A stretch of 64,000 nucleotides of DNA from a virus: IMG/VR virus record IMGVR_UViG_3300030101_002520, positions 51,140-115,139 of that record. The stretch is one strand, 5' to 3'. The translations under genes were made by a program, and so were the position numbers. The stretch's first letter is position 1. Every line of letters starts with the position of its first letter. Positions 35,615 to 45,802 of the stretch are shown in pieces. The notes under the pieces are model-generated. The model had not been told where the DNA came from and made no database searches. It saw only the letters and a list, made by a program, of their open reading frames with translations.

Positions 35615-36877
35615 TTATTTCATTGTCATTTTGATGATTTCTGGATTCATCATCATTTTGTTAAACTTAGTTTTATTACCATTAAAAATAGTTCTAACAA
35701 TAAGATACTTCAGATCATTAGCAAATACATCTTTAGTACATAATGCTATCAATCTTTCATTAATCTTTGGTGTTACAGTATTTTCATTAGCATAAACAAC
35801 TGAATAGTTAGCTAGTCTTGTTGCAAGAGTAGATGCAATATCCGCTCTATATGTGTCACCTTTTCCTAGAACACTATTTAATTCTCCAATAATGTAATCT
35901 TGGTTTTCATGTGTTAACATATCTTTAGGTGTGACCAGCTTGTCTAGTTTGTTGTTAATAAACGTAGTAAACATAGAAGCAAATGTGTCCCCAACAGAAC
36001 CTTCACCAATCATTTGGATCATGCTTAGGTCATCTTCAAACTTTTCAAAACTTGAAATAGAATTAAAGAATGCTGTGATGGATCTTGCATTAGTTTCTTT
36101 ATTAACTAACTCAGGATGCAGTAACAGGAAGTTAATACAACGTGTGTCTATGTGCTGCTCTTCAGCCCATCTTGCCCATACGTTTGCATCAAACTTCAGG
36201 TTAGCAGTAATATACCTAGTCTTTTGTGCTGAGTCAACACTATTAACCATATAGTCACCATTATCTGGATTACTAGTTAGTATAATATGCCAATCAGCCG
36301 GTAAAGACCATGATATATACTGTTGTCTGTCAACCAATTCCATTACTGCTTGAATAAATCTAACATCTGCACGGTTCCAGTCATCAAGAAGCAAGATACC
36401 ACCTTTTTTCTTATCAGCAATCCACTCTGGTGCACAGTAAGACATTCTATTCTTACCAGTCATCTTCCATCCTTTTCTTAGATACTCTTCAACTGCAAGT
36501 TCATCAACCCATTGGCCAATCTTCTTAGTTATAGTAGAGTCTGCAACTTGTGCAGATGCTGCAGCTTTCTGAGCTACTGTATAAGAAAGATCATCTATCT
36601 TCTTAGGAACTTGTTTTTCTCTAAACATTTGAAACTGTCTAACAGGAAAACCAACTAAGTCACCTAATTCTTCTATCTGTGCAAGATTAAGCTTAACAAA
36701 ATCTAATTCATTTTCTTTAGCTAAATCTAGTACAGCAGATGTCTTACCAATACCTGATTCACCAACTACTTCTACAGCAACTGGGTTCTTCCCTTGCTCT
36801 TGTAAGAATCTATTATTCTTTATTATATGGTTTACAAAACCTTTTAATTCATCAATATTTAAATTTACTTGTGCCAT
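35615..36877 (-). CDS. MoxR-like AAA+ ATPase
   Basis: Walker A GESGIGKT, EELGDLVGFP, Walker B LLLDDWNRA, TSNP, DSAQKTR, NARS. Confidence 0.88.
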   Translation of the reverse strand: MAQVNLNIDELKGFVNHIIKNNRFLQEQGKNPVAVEVVGESGIGKTSAVLDLAKENELDFVKLNLAQIEELGDLVGFPVRQFQMFREKQVPKKIDDLSYTVAQKAAASAQVADSTITKKIGQWVDELAVEEYLRKGWKMTGKNRMSYCAPEWIADKKKGGILLLDDWNRADVRFIQAVMELVDRQQYISWSLPADWHIILTSNPDNGDYMVNSVDSAQKTRYITANLKFDANVWARWAEEQHIDTRCINFLLLHPELVNKETNARSITAFFNSISSFEKFEDDLSMIQMIGEGSVGDTFASMFTTFINNKLDKLVTPKDMLTHENQDYIIGELNSVLGKGDTYRADIASTLATRLANYSVVYANENTVTPKINERLIALCTKDVFANDLKYLIVRTIFNGNKTKFNKMMMNPEIIKMTMK

Positions 36878-36878
36878 T

Positions 36879-38045
36879 TTAATGTGTGTTTAATTGTATT
36901 GTTTTCCCTGGTAAATGATCAGTCCAATTAGATCTTGCACTAAGAACCCACAATGTGTTCTTTGGACAATCTTCTGGAGCTGGTGCTTCACCATCTGTTA
37001 AATATATAAGGGCAGTATATCTACCTCTCATTTCATTGAAGTGGTCAATAACCGGTTGGAAGCATGTACCTCCTCTACCTTTTATTTGCCAATCCTTTCT
37101 ACTATTGAAAGGGGATATATCACTAATACCTGTATCACATTGTGCTACAGTTATTTGATGTCCCGTTTTCTGAACATGAACCATTTCACTCATAAAGTGT
37201 TCTAGTTCCTTCGTGTTAACAGATGCAGAAGTATCAACACCAATCAATATATGATTTTTGTGTTTGATCTTAAGACCTGGATTATCTGTATACCTTTTGT
37301 TGAATTTTCTTCTCAACTTCTTTGTGAAAGTAAACACGGAGTTACCCACAAATCTTTTTAAATAACCCTTCCAATCAAATGATGGAGGGAGCACGGTTCT
37401 TAGTTTACTAATTAATTCAGCTAATTCACCTGGAATAGTTCCTCTTCTCTTTTCAGTTTGCTCTGCAGTTTCTTTTAGTTGATGTTCAATCTGTCTTTCA
37501 ACTAGCTTCTTCTCTGCTTCTGTAAGATCTTCAAACTCTTCCCATGTTTTATGATCATATTGACTGTCACCATCCATCTGATCTAGTATAGATTCTAGTG
37601 ACTGACAAGGATTATCCTTGCACTCTTGTTCCAATAAATCATAATACTTTTTAGTACCGGCTTTCTTTGGTAGCTTTAGTTCAGCAAAACTATCTAAAGT
37701 CAAACCACCTTCAGGAAGCATGTTTGCATCTATATACTGATTGATCTCAAGATCTGCAGCAATATTAAACAACTTCTTGTTAGGATAAGAGTCTCTCATC
37801 ATAAGATGACCAAATGATACATGCAATAGTTCATGTTTAAGTAAACCTATCTGGTGTTCATCTGGTAACTTCATAAAGAAATCCGGGTTAATAGATAGTT
37901 GTATACCTATACCATTTTTACTGACACCCGCTGTTGGGACGTCTTTTCTTATTTTCTTGTTAAGTCCAATAAGAAAGAGCCCATAAAAGGGCTCTCTTAA
38001 TATTAGTGACTTACAAGCTCTTGCTAATTTATCCTGTATGTCCAT
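36879..38045 (-). CDS. Metallopeptidase plus vWA protein (DUF2201-like)
   Basis: HELLH, NIAADLEIN, MIDAS VDTSAS, GRGGT, YLTDG. Confidence 0.88.
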   Translation of the reverse strand: MDIQDKLARACKSLILREPFYGLFLIGLNKKIRKDVPTAGVSKNGIGIQLSINPDFFMKLPDEHQIGLLKHELLHVSFGHLMMRDSYPNKKLFNIAADLEINQYIDANMLPEGGLTLDSFAELKLPKKAGTKKYYDLLEQECKDNPCQSLESILDQMDGDSQYDHKTWEEFEDLTEAEKKLVERQIEHQLKETAEQTEKRRGTIPGELAELISKLRTVLPPSFDWKGYLKRFVGNSVFTFTKKLRRKFNKRYTDNPGLKIKHKNHILIGVDTSASVNTKELEHFMSEMVHVQKTGHQITVAQCDTGISDISPFNSRKDWQIKGRGGTCFQPVIDHFNEMRGRYTALIYLTDGEAPAPEDCPKNTLWVLSARSNWTDHLPGKTIQLNTH

Positions 38046-38388
38046 TCCAATTTAATTTTATATCAACGTTACTAATAAATGACCAAGTATTTTTAAAGAC
38101 AGGAAGCATCTGCTCATGTACTTCATATTCTACTATATCTCTTTCAGTATGATGTAAACTTTTCTTTAAATTTTTAAACATATCATTCCATTCTTTAATA
38201 GCATAACTATCTAACTTAAATTTTTCACAAAAGTCTTGTCTTCTACCAAACATTAAAGATTTAGCAAACATCATTAATACTATATTATTTAGTTTTAGAT
38301 TTTTTATATTCTCACATGCAACTGTATAATCTTCATCAGATGCATGTAGTAGTTCTCTTAATTTTATATATTCTTCTAATTTAATCAT
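38029..38388 (-). CDS. Hypothetical protein
   Basis: ORF track; overlaps both neighbours as in an operon. Confidence 0.6.
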   Translation of the reverse strand: MIKLEEYIKLRELLHASDEDYTVACENIKNLKLNNIVLMMFAKSLMFGRRQDFCEKFKLDSYAIKEWNDMFKNLKKSLHHTERDIVEYEVHEQMLPVFKNTWSFISNVDIKLNWNGHTG

Positions 38389-38728
38389 TGATTTTCATTG
38401 TTTTAATCATCCACAAGGGTAGTTTTTTCTTGTGTATGTTATCTAACCATTCTTTGGCAGAGGGAATGTAGTTATTACAATCCTCTCTTACATGCTGCTC
38501 TGCAACATATCTTGTATAAACAGGTTTACCATCTGAATTTGTAAATACTGGCCCGAATTTTCTTTCACATTCAAATATACCTTCACTATGATGACGAAAC
38601 ATTCTGTGTAAGTGATTGCCCACCCAACTTTTTGTTGCATCTAACCAGTTATGTATATGTATGTAATCATCAGGACACCCACCAAACTTCTTTACAGAAG
38701 ATTTGGCATGAATATTTGGATGTGCCAT
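38381..38728 (-). CDS. His-rich conserved protein, DUF6915-like
   Basis: MAHPNIHAKSSVKKFGG...IHNWLD.TK...HRMFRHHSEG...AEQHVREDC. Confidence 0.7.
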   Translation of the reverse strand: MAHPNIHAKSSVKKFGGCPDDYIHIHNWLDATKSWVGNHLHRMFRHHSEGIFECERKFGPVFTNSDGKPVYTRYVAEQHVREDCNNYIPSAKEWLDNIHKKKLPLWMIKTMKIND

Positions 38729-39105
38729 TAAAAGAAATGTTGTTTATTATCAGTACTAAAATCTATATCATCATAATAATGATCTTCACAAACACGTTGT
38801 GTATGATTAATATTAACTTTCCATGGAGTTTTTGTACAATCAATTATCATTTGACCGTATCCTCCATCATTATTAATCCAATCCCATTCTATATGCTGAC
38901 TTAACGTATCATATAATAAGTCATCCCACTCTGCTTCTACTTCACCATCTAATTTAACATCAATAGTATCACCATTAATGTCTTCATATCTAACTTCATC
39001 TAAACATCCGTCATCACCACCACCATTATAATCTACTTCTATTTTTGCTATATTGTGATCTTTAATCACTTGAACTGCTAGGTTTCTTTTTAACTTTGTT
39101 TCCAT
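38728..39105 (-). CDS. Acidic conserved protein, DUF6878-like
   Basis: YNGGGDDG and DWINNDGGYG motifs. Confidence 0.65.
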   Translation of the reverse strand: METKLKRNLAVQVIKDHNIAKIEVDYNGGGDDGCLDEVRYEDINGDTIDVKLDGEVEAEWDDLLYDTLSQHIEWDWINNDGGYGQMIIDCTKTPWKVNINHTQRVCEDHYYDDIDFSTDNKQHFF

Positions 39106-39469
39106 TTTTAATTAACTTAATTTCTACACCGGGGTTTTCCTTATCATATTCATAAGGTTCAAATACGGGTAGAATGTTTTCACAATTGTCATCATCAATC
39201 CAATTATGTTTAACCATATCATCTTGCACTGTCTGTGCAGGATTAATATAATCAAACTTGTGTTTAGATCCTCTGATGAATTTAAATGATATCTTAACAG
39301 GTAACTCAAGTTTAGATAGTTGTTTTCTAAACCCTTTTCTATACATATCATAGTATTTGGCTGTTGCTTTTCTATACTTAGTTGTTGCTTTGCTGGACAC
39401 AAAATACCTTCCTGTCCATCTACGTCCATTTTTACTACTTGGTACGTTACCTGGTATAAACCATTTCAT
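39062..39469 (-). CDS. RusA-like Holliday junction resolvase
   Basis: IPGNVPSSKN, FDYINPAQTVQD.MV...IDDDN, DKENPGVEI. Confidence 0.75.
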   Translation of the reverse strand: MKWFIPGNVPSSKNGRRWTGRYFVSSKATTKYRKATAKYYDMYRKGFRKQLSKLELPVKISFKFIRGSKHKFDYINPAQTVQDDMVKHNWIDDDNCENILPVFEPYEYDKENPGVEIKLIKNGNKVKKKPSSSSD

Positions 39470-40422
39470 AAAATACTTTTAAGTTTAACTTTTATTTCTT
39501 TATGAGCATCATCAAAGCCTTTCTCTTTTACAAGATCAGCAATGTCTTTGCTACTGTCTAACCATGTCCCGGATATGTTATACAGCTCTTTATACTTCTT
39601 AACTGCATTATGTCCAGCAACATCATTATCAAATAAAGTTACAACTTTTTTATAATTTTTCTTAAAATTTTCAATCATATAAGGTTTTATTACAGTATTC
39701 TCTGAGTCAGGTGCAACAACTTCAATGTTATATCCAAATTGTTTTAAACACATTGCATCTTTCAAAGAAGAACATATAATAAGATAAGGTTGTTTAAATT
39801 CTAATTGATCTAATCCTTGAAGCCAAGGTTTAACTTTAATAAATTTAAACTTCTTATTTCTTGGTTGATAAATTTTATAAACTTCACCTACACTAGCCCA
39901 GTATCCATATATATAAGGTTGTTGTATAGTAATTCTGTCATTCTCTTTAACCATATGATAATAATCTATAGCCGTTACATTGTATTTATTTAATATATCT
40001 TCACCAATATTAAATTGTAACCAAAACTTCTTATCATATTTATTCCATGCTCTTACTACTACACCATCAACTTTATACTTTGCTTCTGGTTTTAATGTAG
40101 ACTGTGTGTATGCACCTTTATCTGTAATAAACTTGTTATAGTCCTGACCTATTTTAAATACAGCTTTAGAATAATCTATATTAAATAACTCTTTGACTAA
40201 GTCAATTCTATTACCACCTTTACCTGTAGAAAAATCTTTAAATTTATATTGACCCTTGTCTACAAATACCCACATGCTTGGAGTTCTTTCTGATGGGTGA
40301 AATACAGATTTAATCTGTACATTCTGCCCATTTAGTCTTTCTGGTAAATCCAAATAGAACTCAAACACCCATGTACTTGGAACTTTAGATCCATCTAATA
40401 TGAGATTCTTTGTACTTATCAT
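39466..40422 (-). CDS. DNA primase (TOPRIM)
   Basis: ERTPSM, FKDFSTGKGG, SSLKDAMCL, FDNDVAG, KDIAD. Confidence 0.85.
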   Translation of the reverse strand: MISTKNLILDGSKVPSTWVFEFYLDLPERLNGQNVQIKSVFHPSERTPSMWVFVDKGQYKFKDFSTGKGGNRIDLVKELFNIDYSKAVFKIGQDYNKFITDKGAYTQSTLKPEAKYKVDGVVVRAWNKYDKKFWLQFNIGEDILNKYNVTAIDYYHMVKENDRITIQQPYIYGYWASVGEVYKIYQPRNKKFKFIKVKPWLQGLDQLEFKQPYLIICSSLKDAMCLKQFGYNIEVVAPDSENTVIKPYMIENFKKNYKKVVTLFDNDVAGHNAVKKYKELYNISGTWLDSSKDIADLVKEKGFDDAHKEIKVKLKSIL

Positions 40423-40430
40423 AGTTAATA

Positions 40431-40457
40431 GAAAAGGGAGGACGTGCCTCCCCTTTC
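40431..40457 (-). terminator. Probable terminator hairpin
   Basis: GGGAGG/CCTCCC stem flanked by A/T runs after the 40484 gene. Confidence 0.55.
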
Positions 40458-40483
40458 AGTGTTAACTTAATAATAACTAATTA

Positions 40484-41179
40484 TTAAAGCTCAAAATCAG
40501 AACCTGATCCTGAGTTTGCTTTAAATGGTGTTTCATCATTAGAAGACTCTTTCTTAACTAAAGCTTTTACATGCACAGCACGATCAAACTTAAGTAATCT
40601 AGAATTTTCTTTGTCTAATGCTTCCATTGCAATTCCATCTTTAGATATACGTGGTAAGTAAAGATCATTATTTACATAACCTTCTTTGTTTTCCCACTCA
40701 CGGCCACCAATGCACATATTAATAAGTTTAGAAGCACCCATTAATCTGTCACATTCAGTCATAAACTCTTCTATAGTTTGTGCTTCAATAGAATCTAATC
40801 CATCTCTCATATCTAATGTTTCAGCAAGAGTAATCATATGCTTTAAGATCTCTTGATCTCTACTAATTTCTCTACCACTTGGTAATGTAGTATCTTTAAA
40901 TGGAAAAGGACTAATCCTTACTCTACCAATTTGACCGTCATATCTACCTTTAGATTGATCATTATAGTCTCTAAAGAAACCTTCAAAGCCACCTCCAATA
41001 GGTGCAGTTTCTACATGTAAATGTATATTGTATGACTCTGAATCATACGGTGTTTGATCTAATGTAATAGAATTAATCTTTACTACATGGTTACCTGGAT
41101 CTAATACAGGCTTTGTGCGTCCGCTTCCAGCAGACATGTCTTTAGTATTTAGCATAACTTTATTTTTTACTTCATTCAT
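40484..41179 (-). CDS. Putative ssDNA-binding protein
   Basis: Follows the Sak4-like ATPase; beta-rich, with an acidic/aromatic tail (SDFEL). Inferred from context. Confidence 0.5.
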   Translation of the reverse strand: MNEVKNKVMLNTKDMSAGSGRTKPVLDPGNHVVKINSITLDQTPYDSESYNIHLHVETAPIGGGFEGFFRDYNDQSKGRYDGQIGRVRISPFPFKDTTLPSGREISRDQEILKHMITLAETLDMRDGLDSIEAQTIEEFMTECDRLMGASKLINMCIGGREWENKEGYVNNDLYLPRISKDGIAMEALDKENSRLLKFDRAVHVKALVKKESSNDETPFKANSGSGSDFEL

Positions 41180-41184
41180 TTTTA

Positions 41185-41868
41185 TTAATTTTCATATTCA
41201 ATAATAGCATCTTTAACAACTTGTAATGAATTATTTATACGTGCATCAGCAAACATACCGTCTGGTGACTTACAAGTATTTTCTCCATTATTAACTGTTT
41301 CAAATACATAACTTAACTTATCATCTTCTCCTTTGACAACTTTGCCAAATAGAACTATAGAGAATAGACCTTCCAAAGTTAAAGCATTATCTATCATTTT
41401 ACCTACAGTTTTTGCTTTTACTTTTCTGTGTCCATTCACATCTGTTGATTCTTCAGAGTGTGTAAGAAAGAATATATATAAGTCATCTCTCATGTCTTTA
41501 GGCATCTTAGCAACTTGTGCAAGATTCTTTGCAATAGAGGTAAACTTATCATAACCTTTCTCATCAGCTCTATCAAAGTACTCAAAGCTGGACATATACT
41601 GCCAGTCATCAATTACTAAATTTTTAATATGAGGCATTTTATCATTAACATGCATCATAGCTTTCATAATCCCTGCAGCAGTAGCTGTAGCAGCCATATT
41701 GCCTTTTGGATTATCTTTACCAATCATTGCATAATTCTTTTTCCATCCTTTAAATGGTAAAGGTTTATTAGCAATGTTAATTATAAACGTCTCTTTAGGA
41801 TCTAAATCCCTAATTGATGTTGATTTACCTGACCCGGAGTCAGCTATAACTAATACAGATTGTGCCAT
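41185..41868 (-). CDS. Sak4-like (AAA_24) ATPase/recombinase
   Basis: ADSGSGKSTS, KPLPF, LVIDD.QY, GYDKF, KTVGKMID, EGLFSIVL, KSP.GMF. Confidence 0.82.
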   Translation of the reverse strand: MAQSVLVIADSGSGKSTSIRDLDPKETFIINIANKPLPFKGWKKNYAMIGKDNPKGNMAATATAAGIMKAMMHVNDKMPHIKNLVIDDWQYMSSFEYFDRADEKGYDKFTSIAKNLAQVAKMPKDMRDDLYIFFLTHSEESTDVNGHRKVKAKTVGKMIDNALTLEGLFSIVLFGKVVKGEDDKLSYVFETVNNGENTCKSPDGMFADARINNSLQVVKDAIIEYEN

Positions 41869-41869
41869 T

Positions 41870-42343
41870 TTATTTACTTAATTTTTGGTTTATACTTAAT
41901 AATGCTCTTTCAATTCCTTTAAGAACATCTACTATATCTCTTTCATCTGGATTCTTAATTGCAACTTTTTCTTCAATTGCACTTGATCTATCAGTTACAT
42001 CATTAATAACTTTAAGTTCACTTACAGGTACAATATGTCTCTCAAATCCAGAACTACTAATAACTTTTTCATATTCTTCAGCCCAATGTTTATTGTGCTT
42101 TAGTAAATATAGTGTTCTTTTAGGATCTTCTGATTCATATTCAATACTTACAAATTCAGTAAATATATCTTTACCTTTTTGAAATTCACTTGGAAAGAAT
42201 GATACATGTAGTTCATCTTTACCGGATGGCCTGTATGCCATCTTAGGAATATATAATGCATTTGTATTATCTGTTCTTTCAAAATAATTTAAATGCTCTT
42301 TTTTTAATTCTAATACTTTTGCTTTACGCTCTTGTGGTGTCAT
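41870..42343 (-). CDS. Hypothetical protein
   Basis: ORF track; located between the helicase and the AAA gene. Confidence 0.65.
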   Translation of the reverse strand: MTPQERKAKVLELKKEHLNYFERTDNTNALYIPKMAYRPSGKDELHVSFFPSEFQKGKDIFTEFVSIEYESEDPKRTLYLLKHNKHWAEEYEKVISSSGFERHIVPVSELKVINDVTDRSSAIEEKVAIKNPDERDIVDVLKGIERALLSINQKLSK

Positions 42344-42346
42344 ATA

Positions 42347-43303
42347 TTATCTTCTTTGTTGTTGAGGTGGTGTATCCATCTCAGTTATTTGCATTCTTTC
42401 AAATTGTGCTTTGAAGAAACTCATACGTGTATCACCATTTCTTGCTTTTAGAAAGTGTAATACAAGAGTTCTATCATCTTCTATTATATATCTATCAGGA
42501 CCATAATATCTAATCTTTTGTTTAGCAGGCCGGTTGATACCAATTAAAGTATCAGCATGTTGTAACATTGCATCTGAACCAAATATATCTGATTCTAATA
42601 CATAGTTACCATACTTACCATCTTGTGCTCTGTCTGGATTATCTATGTTCCTATTTAATTGTGATAAACATATAAACATACATGGATAGTCTCTTTTACA
42701 TTGTGTAAAGAACTCACCTAATTCAAATAACATATCTAATCTGTTATTCTGATATGGTGCTCTCTTTACTAAAATACTATGATCAAGAGTTATAATAGTT
42801 TTTTTACCTTGATGTAAATTCATATAGATATCTACTTGATCTCTCATTTGATTTACAGTCATTGGTGTAGTAATTATATCTACAGGACTTTTAACTCTAT
42901 TCTTTGCATACGCATGACATTTGTCAAATGTATCCTTCTGTAAAGTTGTTCCTGCACTACATAATTCTTTATATGTTTTACCAGTTAGAGACGAAAATTC
43001 TCTTAATGCTGATGTTCTACCAACCATTTCAAAGCTAAATTCTAATACTCTATACTCTTCAGCTGGATTTAGAATGAAAGATTCTCTTACTATCTGATCC
43101 TTGATCAAAGTTTTACCTGATCCAGGTCTTCCCCCAATGACTGTAAGAGTATTCCATTCTAATCCATCTGTAATAGCATCATTAAACTTAGGCCATGGAG
43201 TTTGTATAGATTTCTCTTTACCACTCTGCCTAGCAAGCATATATTTCAGTGCTTCATTAAAAGACTGATATTGTCCGTCCCATGCTGGTTTAATTTTGCT
43301 CAT
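42347..43303 (-). CDS. dnaB: DnaB-like replicative helicase (C-terminal ATPase domain)
   Basis: GGRPGSGKT, FSFEM, LDH, LSQLNR, KARNG. Confidence 0.9.
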   Translation of the reverse strand: MSKIKPAWDGQYQSFNEALKYMLARQSGKEKSIQTPWPKFNDAITDGLEWNTLTVIGGRPGSGKTLIKDQIVRESFILNPAEEYRVLEFSFEMVGRTSALREFSSLTGKTYKELCSAGTTLQKDTFDKCHAYAKNRVKSPVDIITTPMTVNQMRDQVDIYMNLHQGKKTIITLDHSILVKRAPYQNNRLDMLFELGEFFTQCKRDYPCMFICLSQLNRNIDNPDRAQDGKYGNYVLESDIFGSDAMLQHADTLIGINRPAKQKIRYYGPDRYIIEDDRTLVLHFLKARNGDTRMSFFKAQFERMQITEMDTPPQQQRR

Positions 43304-43902
43304 ACTACTTTCTCTTTAAAATGATCTTTAGTTTCTGGCTCAACACCATCTCTAACCATATCACAATAATCAGCTAACTCTGAATGCTTTACCTTATGTT
43401 TATCTGATTTACAAATAAAATATTGACTTGTCTTCATATACATATAATCTTTATCTCTATATTCATCTATGTACATTACTGTTGCTTGTGTAACCTCATC
43501 CCATGAATAATCATAAGTATCAAAGAACCATCTAAATGCATTTTCTAACGTTTTAACATTCTGCCTACCTGGTTTACCACTTGGTAATTTACCTGCAGGC
43601 CATGCTTCTCTATATAACTTAAGCATATCTGCATAACCTTTACCAAGCAATTGTGTTGTGGTTCTTTTCTTTGCTACTCTAAAGTACTGATCATATTTAA
43701 CACATAAACTCTTACCTTTTTTAGTTAAAATTAACTTGTTATCTTTATTATATACTGCTAACTCTAAACTAAATATTTGTGATGCATCTTTTGCATTTAC
43801 TCCATTAGGAAAGAAAGTAATACTATTCTTTATCCCATACAAGAGAAGTAATTGGTTCGGTGTAAGCTTGTCCTTTAATATCTTCTGGAATAGTTCTAAC
43901 AT
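43300..43902 (-). CDS. Putative replication initiator / helicase-loader-like protein
   Basis: N-terminal winged-helix-like LTPNQ...LTKKG; coupled to dnaB. Inferred from context. Confidence 0.45.
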   Translation of the reverse strand: MLELFQKILKDKLTPNQLLLLYGIKNSITFFPNGVNAKDASQIFSLELAVYNKDNKLILTKKGKSLCVKYDQYFRVAKKRTTTQLLGKGYADMLKLYREAWPAGKLPSGKPGRQNVKTLENAFRWFFDTYDYSWDEVTQATVMYIDEYRDKDYMYMKTSQYFICKSDKHKVKHSELADYCDMVRDGVEPETKDHFKEKVV

Positions 43903-44374
43903 AATTTCTAATATTTTCTTTTAATTTTTTATAAGCCTGACAAACTATAGGATCACCTATATCTAATAAAGTTGTAGCTTGTCTAATGCTATGTAATACA
44001 CTAGCATGATGTTTATTAATATGAGAACCTGTATATTGTAAAGTAAACCCCATCTTATTACATATATAACAAAATAACTGTTTAAATACTACAAACTCTC
44101 TAATTCTACAATCTTTACCTAAAGATCTCCATCCTTTAAAATCAGGATATTGTTCTCTCATTGTCTTTAATACTAGTTTTTCTAGTATCTCTATAGTTTT
44201 AATCTGATGTGCCTCTTTCATTGCATGTATTTCATCTTCCCATTGTTTGACGTTAAATACAACACTAGATTTATCACTGACTAAAATATTCAAATATTTT
44301 TTATATTTATTTTCAAATTTTTTTTTGAATGACTGTATATCATTAGTCATTTCAATTATATCTTCTTTAAACAT
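43823..44374 (-). CDS. Protein with DnaA C-terminal (domain IV)-like HTH
   Basis: REFVVFKQLFCYI...TLQYTGSHINKHHASVLHSIR resembles DnaA RQxAMYL...IG..F.RDHTTVxH. Confidence 0.7.
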   Translation of the reverse strand: MFKEDIIEMTNDIQSFKKKFENKYKKYLNILVSDKSSVVFNVKQWEDEIHAMKEAHQIKTIEILEKLVLKTMREQYPDFKGWRSLGKDCRIREFVVFKQLFCYICNKMGFTLQYTGSHINKHHASVLHSIRQATTLLDIGDPIVCQAYKKLKENIRNYVRTIPEDIKGQAYTEPITSLVWDKE

Positions 44375-44387
44375 AATACGTGGTTTG

Positions 44388-44395
44388 CAAAGATA
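44388..44395 (-). promoter_or_regulatory. Bacteroidota -7 element TATCTTTG
   Basis: 13 nt before ATG 44374, at the head of the replication operon. Confidence 0.6.
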
Positions 44396-44442
44396 ACAAA
44401 AATTGTGTATCTTTAATTATATAATTATAAAAACTTATAGCA

Positions 44443-44940
44443 ATGGCTAAGAAAAAATCATCACCAAAGTCAAAGGAAAAAAAAGTATCTAATGTTCCTG
44501 ATCCAATAGAACTAACTGATAAAGATAGAGAAAAAACAGTTGATAAGATAAAGAAACTTAGAGGTAGTCAAGTAATGACTCTACCTGATGAAGCTATTGT
44601 AAGTATACCTGTATCAGGATCATATCATAAAGCCATAGAAGGTTTATTTTTCTACTTAATGGAACCTATGAATGCATCTGAAGTTATTGCAACAATGCAA
44701 CATATTAAAAATAATTTTAAAGATGTACCTGAAGAAAAGATCTCAAATAGACAAAAAGCTATTTGGACTATTATGACGTTATTATCTGAAATTCAATGGC
44801 AAGCTGATGCTCAAGGAAAATTAGTTAAAACAGAACAAAAAGTTGGTAATCTTATTCAAGATCTTTTAACTGGTGTTGATGGTGCATCAGGTGCAGTTGC
44901 TGCAACAATTGAAGCTGCAAAGAAATCTAACGAAGATTAA
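44443..44940 (+). CDS. Hypothetical protein, lone plus-strand gene in the minus block
   Basis: ORF track; basic N-terminus; no competing minus-strand ORF. Confidence 0.7.
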   Translation: MAKKKSSPKSKEKKVSNVPDPIELTDKDREKTVDKIKKLRGSQVMTLPDEAIVSIPVSGSYHKAIEGLFFYLMEPMNASEVIATMQHIKNNFKDVPEEKISNRQKAIWTIMTLLSEIQWQADAQGKLVKTEQKVGNLIQDLLTGVDGASGAVAATIEAAKKSNED

Positions 44941-45310
44941 CCCCCGTAAAATCCCCCATTTCAATTAAGGACTGTATAACTAGATTTAGTTCTTGTTTAC
45001 TGCAGTCCTTAAATGATTTACAATATTCTTGCTTGTCTCTAACAAAACATAAACCTGTTTTTCTTTTAGCTTCAAGTTTAAGTTCTGCAAATGTGTGACC
45101 TACTTCATTTGCTAATTCTCTGATCATAGCATGGATCTTTGCAAGTTGTGCATTAGTTCCATCCTCTCCAGCTACACTAACAAATATCTCTACCTTTGTA
45201 CCTTCAGGTAACTCTTTAATCCAATTTTTATAAAGAGTACCTTTAGCTTTTATAGTGTGAACTAGATCACCATCTACCTTTTTTAATATTGAAAAGAAGT
45301 TATTTTTCAT
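44927..45310 (-). CDS. NinB/Orf-like recombination protein
   Basis: TNAQLAKIHAMIRELANEVGHT..ELK...KSFKDCSKQEL..I. Confidence 0.55.
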   Translation of the reverse strand: MKNNFFSILKKVDGDLVHTIKAKGTLYKNWIKELPEGTKVEIFVSVAGEDGTNAQLAKIHAMIRELANEVGHTFAELKLEAKRKTGLCFVRDKQEYCKSFKDCSKQELNLVIQSLIEMGDFTGVNLR

Positions 45311-45438
45311 ATACTTTAATTATAATTCTATTAGTAAACTTATTAAAGTAATGTTTACATACAACTCCTGTTTCTAGTTTAATAGTTTCAATTAGTATTT
45401 CATTTTTAAAACTATTCAGTATCCAATTTCTAAATTGT

Positions 45439-45696
45439 TTAAATATTCTCATGATAATCAGTTATTTCTTTTTCTAATTCATACATAACATCCGGACATA
45501 ATTCATAGAAGAAATCAGCCATATCCACAGGTTCATCAGTGGATACATTAACGTGTTCATTCCATAAATAAATAGCAAGTACTTCTACTGTTGATCCTGT
45601 ACCAGGATGATCATGTGTAGCTTCTTCAGCTGGTATATAATTATAGTCTATATTTAGATCCCATTCATATATTTTTTTTGTATAACTCTTCAACAT
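45439..45696 (-). CDS. Acidic hypothetical protein
   Basis: ORF track. Confidence 0.55.
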   Translation of the reverse strand: MLKSYTKKIYEWDLNIDYNYIPAEEATHDHPGTGSTVEVLAIYLWNEHVNVSTDEPVDMADFFYELCPDVMYELEKEITDYHENI

Positions 45697-45802
45697 GTTT
45701 TCTGTATTCTTTTTCTTTTAATATTTTCTTAAGGTATTCTGCAGGAGTTCCCTCCCATTTTTCATTTTTCATTTGAATGTAAATGTTTTTCATTTTTCCC
45801 AT
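45665..45802 (-). CDS. Small hypothetical protein (45 aa)
   Basis: Hand-translated MGKMKNIYIQMKNEKWEGTPAEYLKK... Confidence 0.5.
   Translation of the reverse strand: MGKMKNIYIQMKNEKWEGTPAEYLKKILKEKEYRKHVEELYKKNI

Noticed and set aside
26439-43924. Short plus-strand ORFs in the replication block, and the alternative-frame ORF at 39124-39429
   Set aside because: They overlap well-supported genes and lack motifs.
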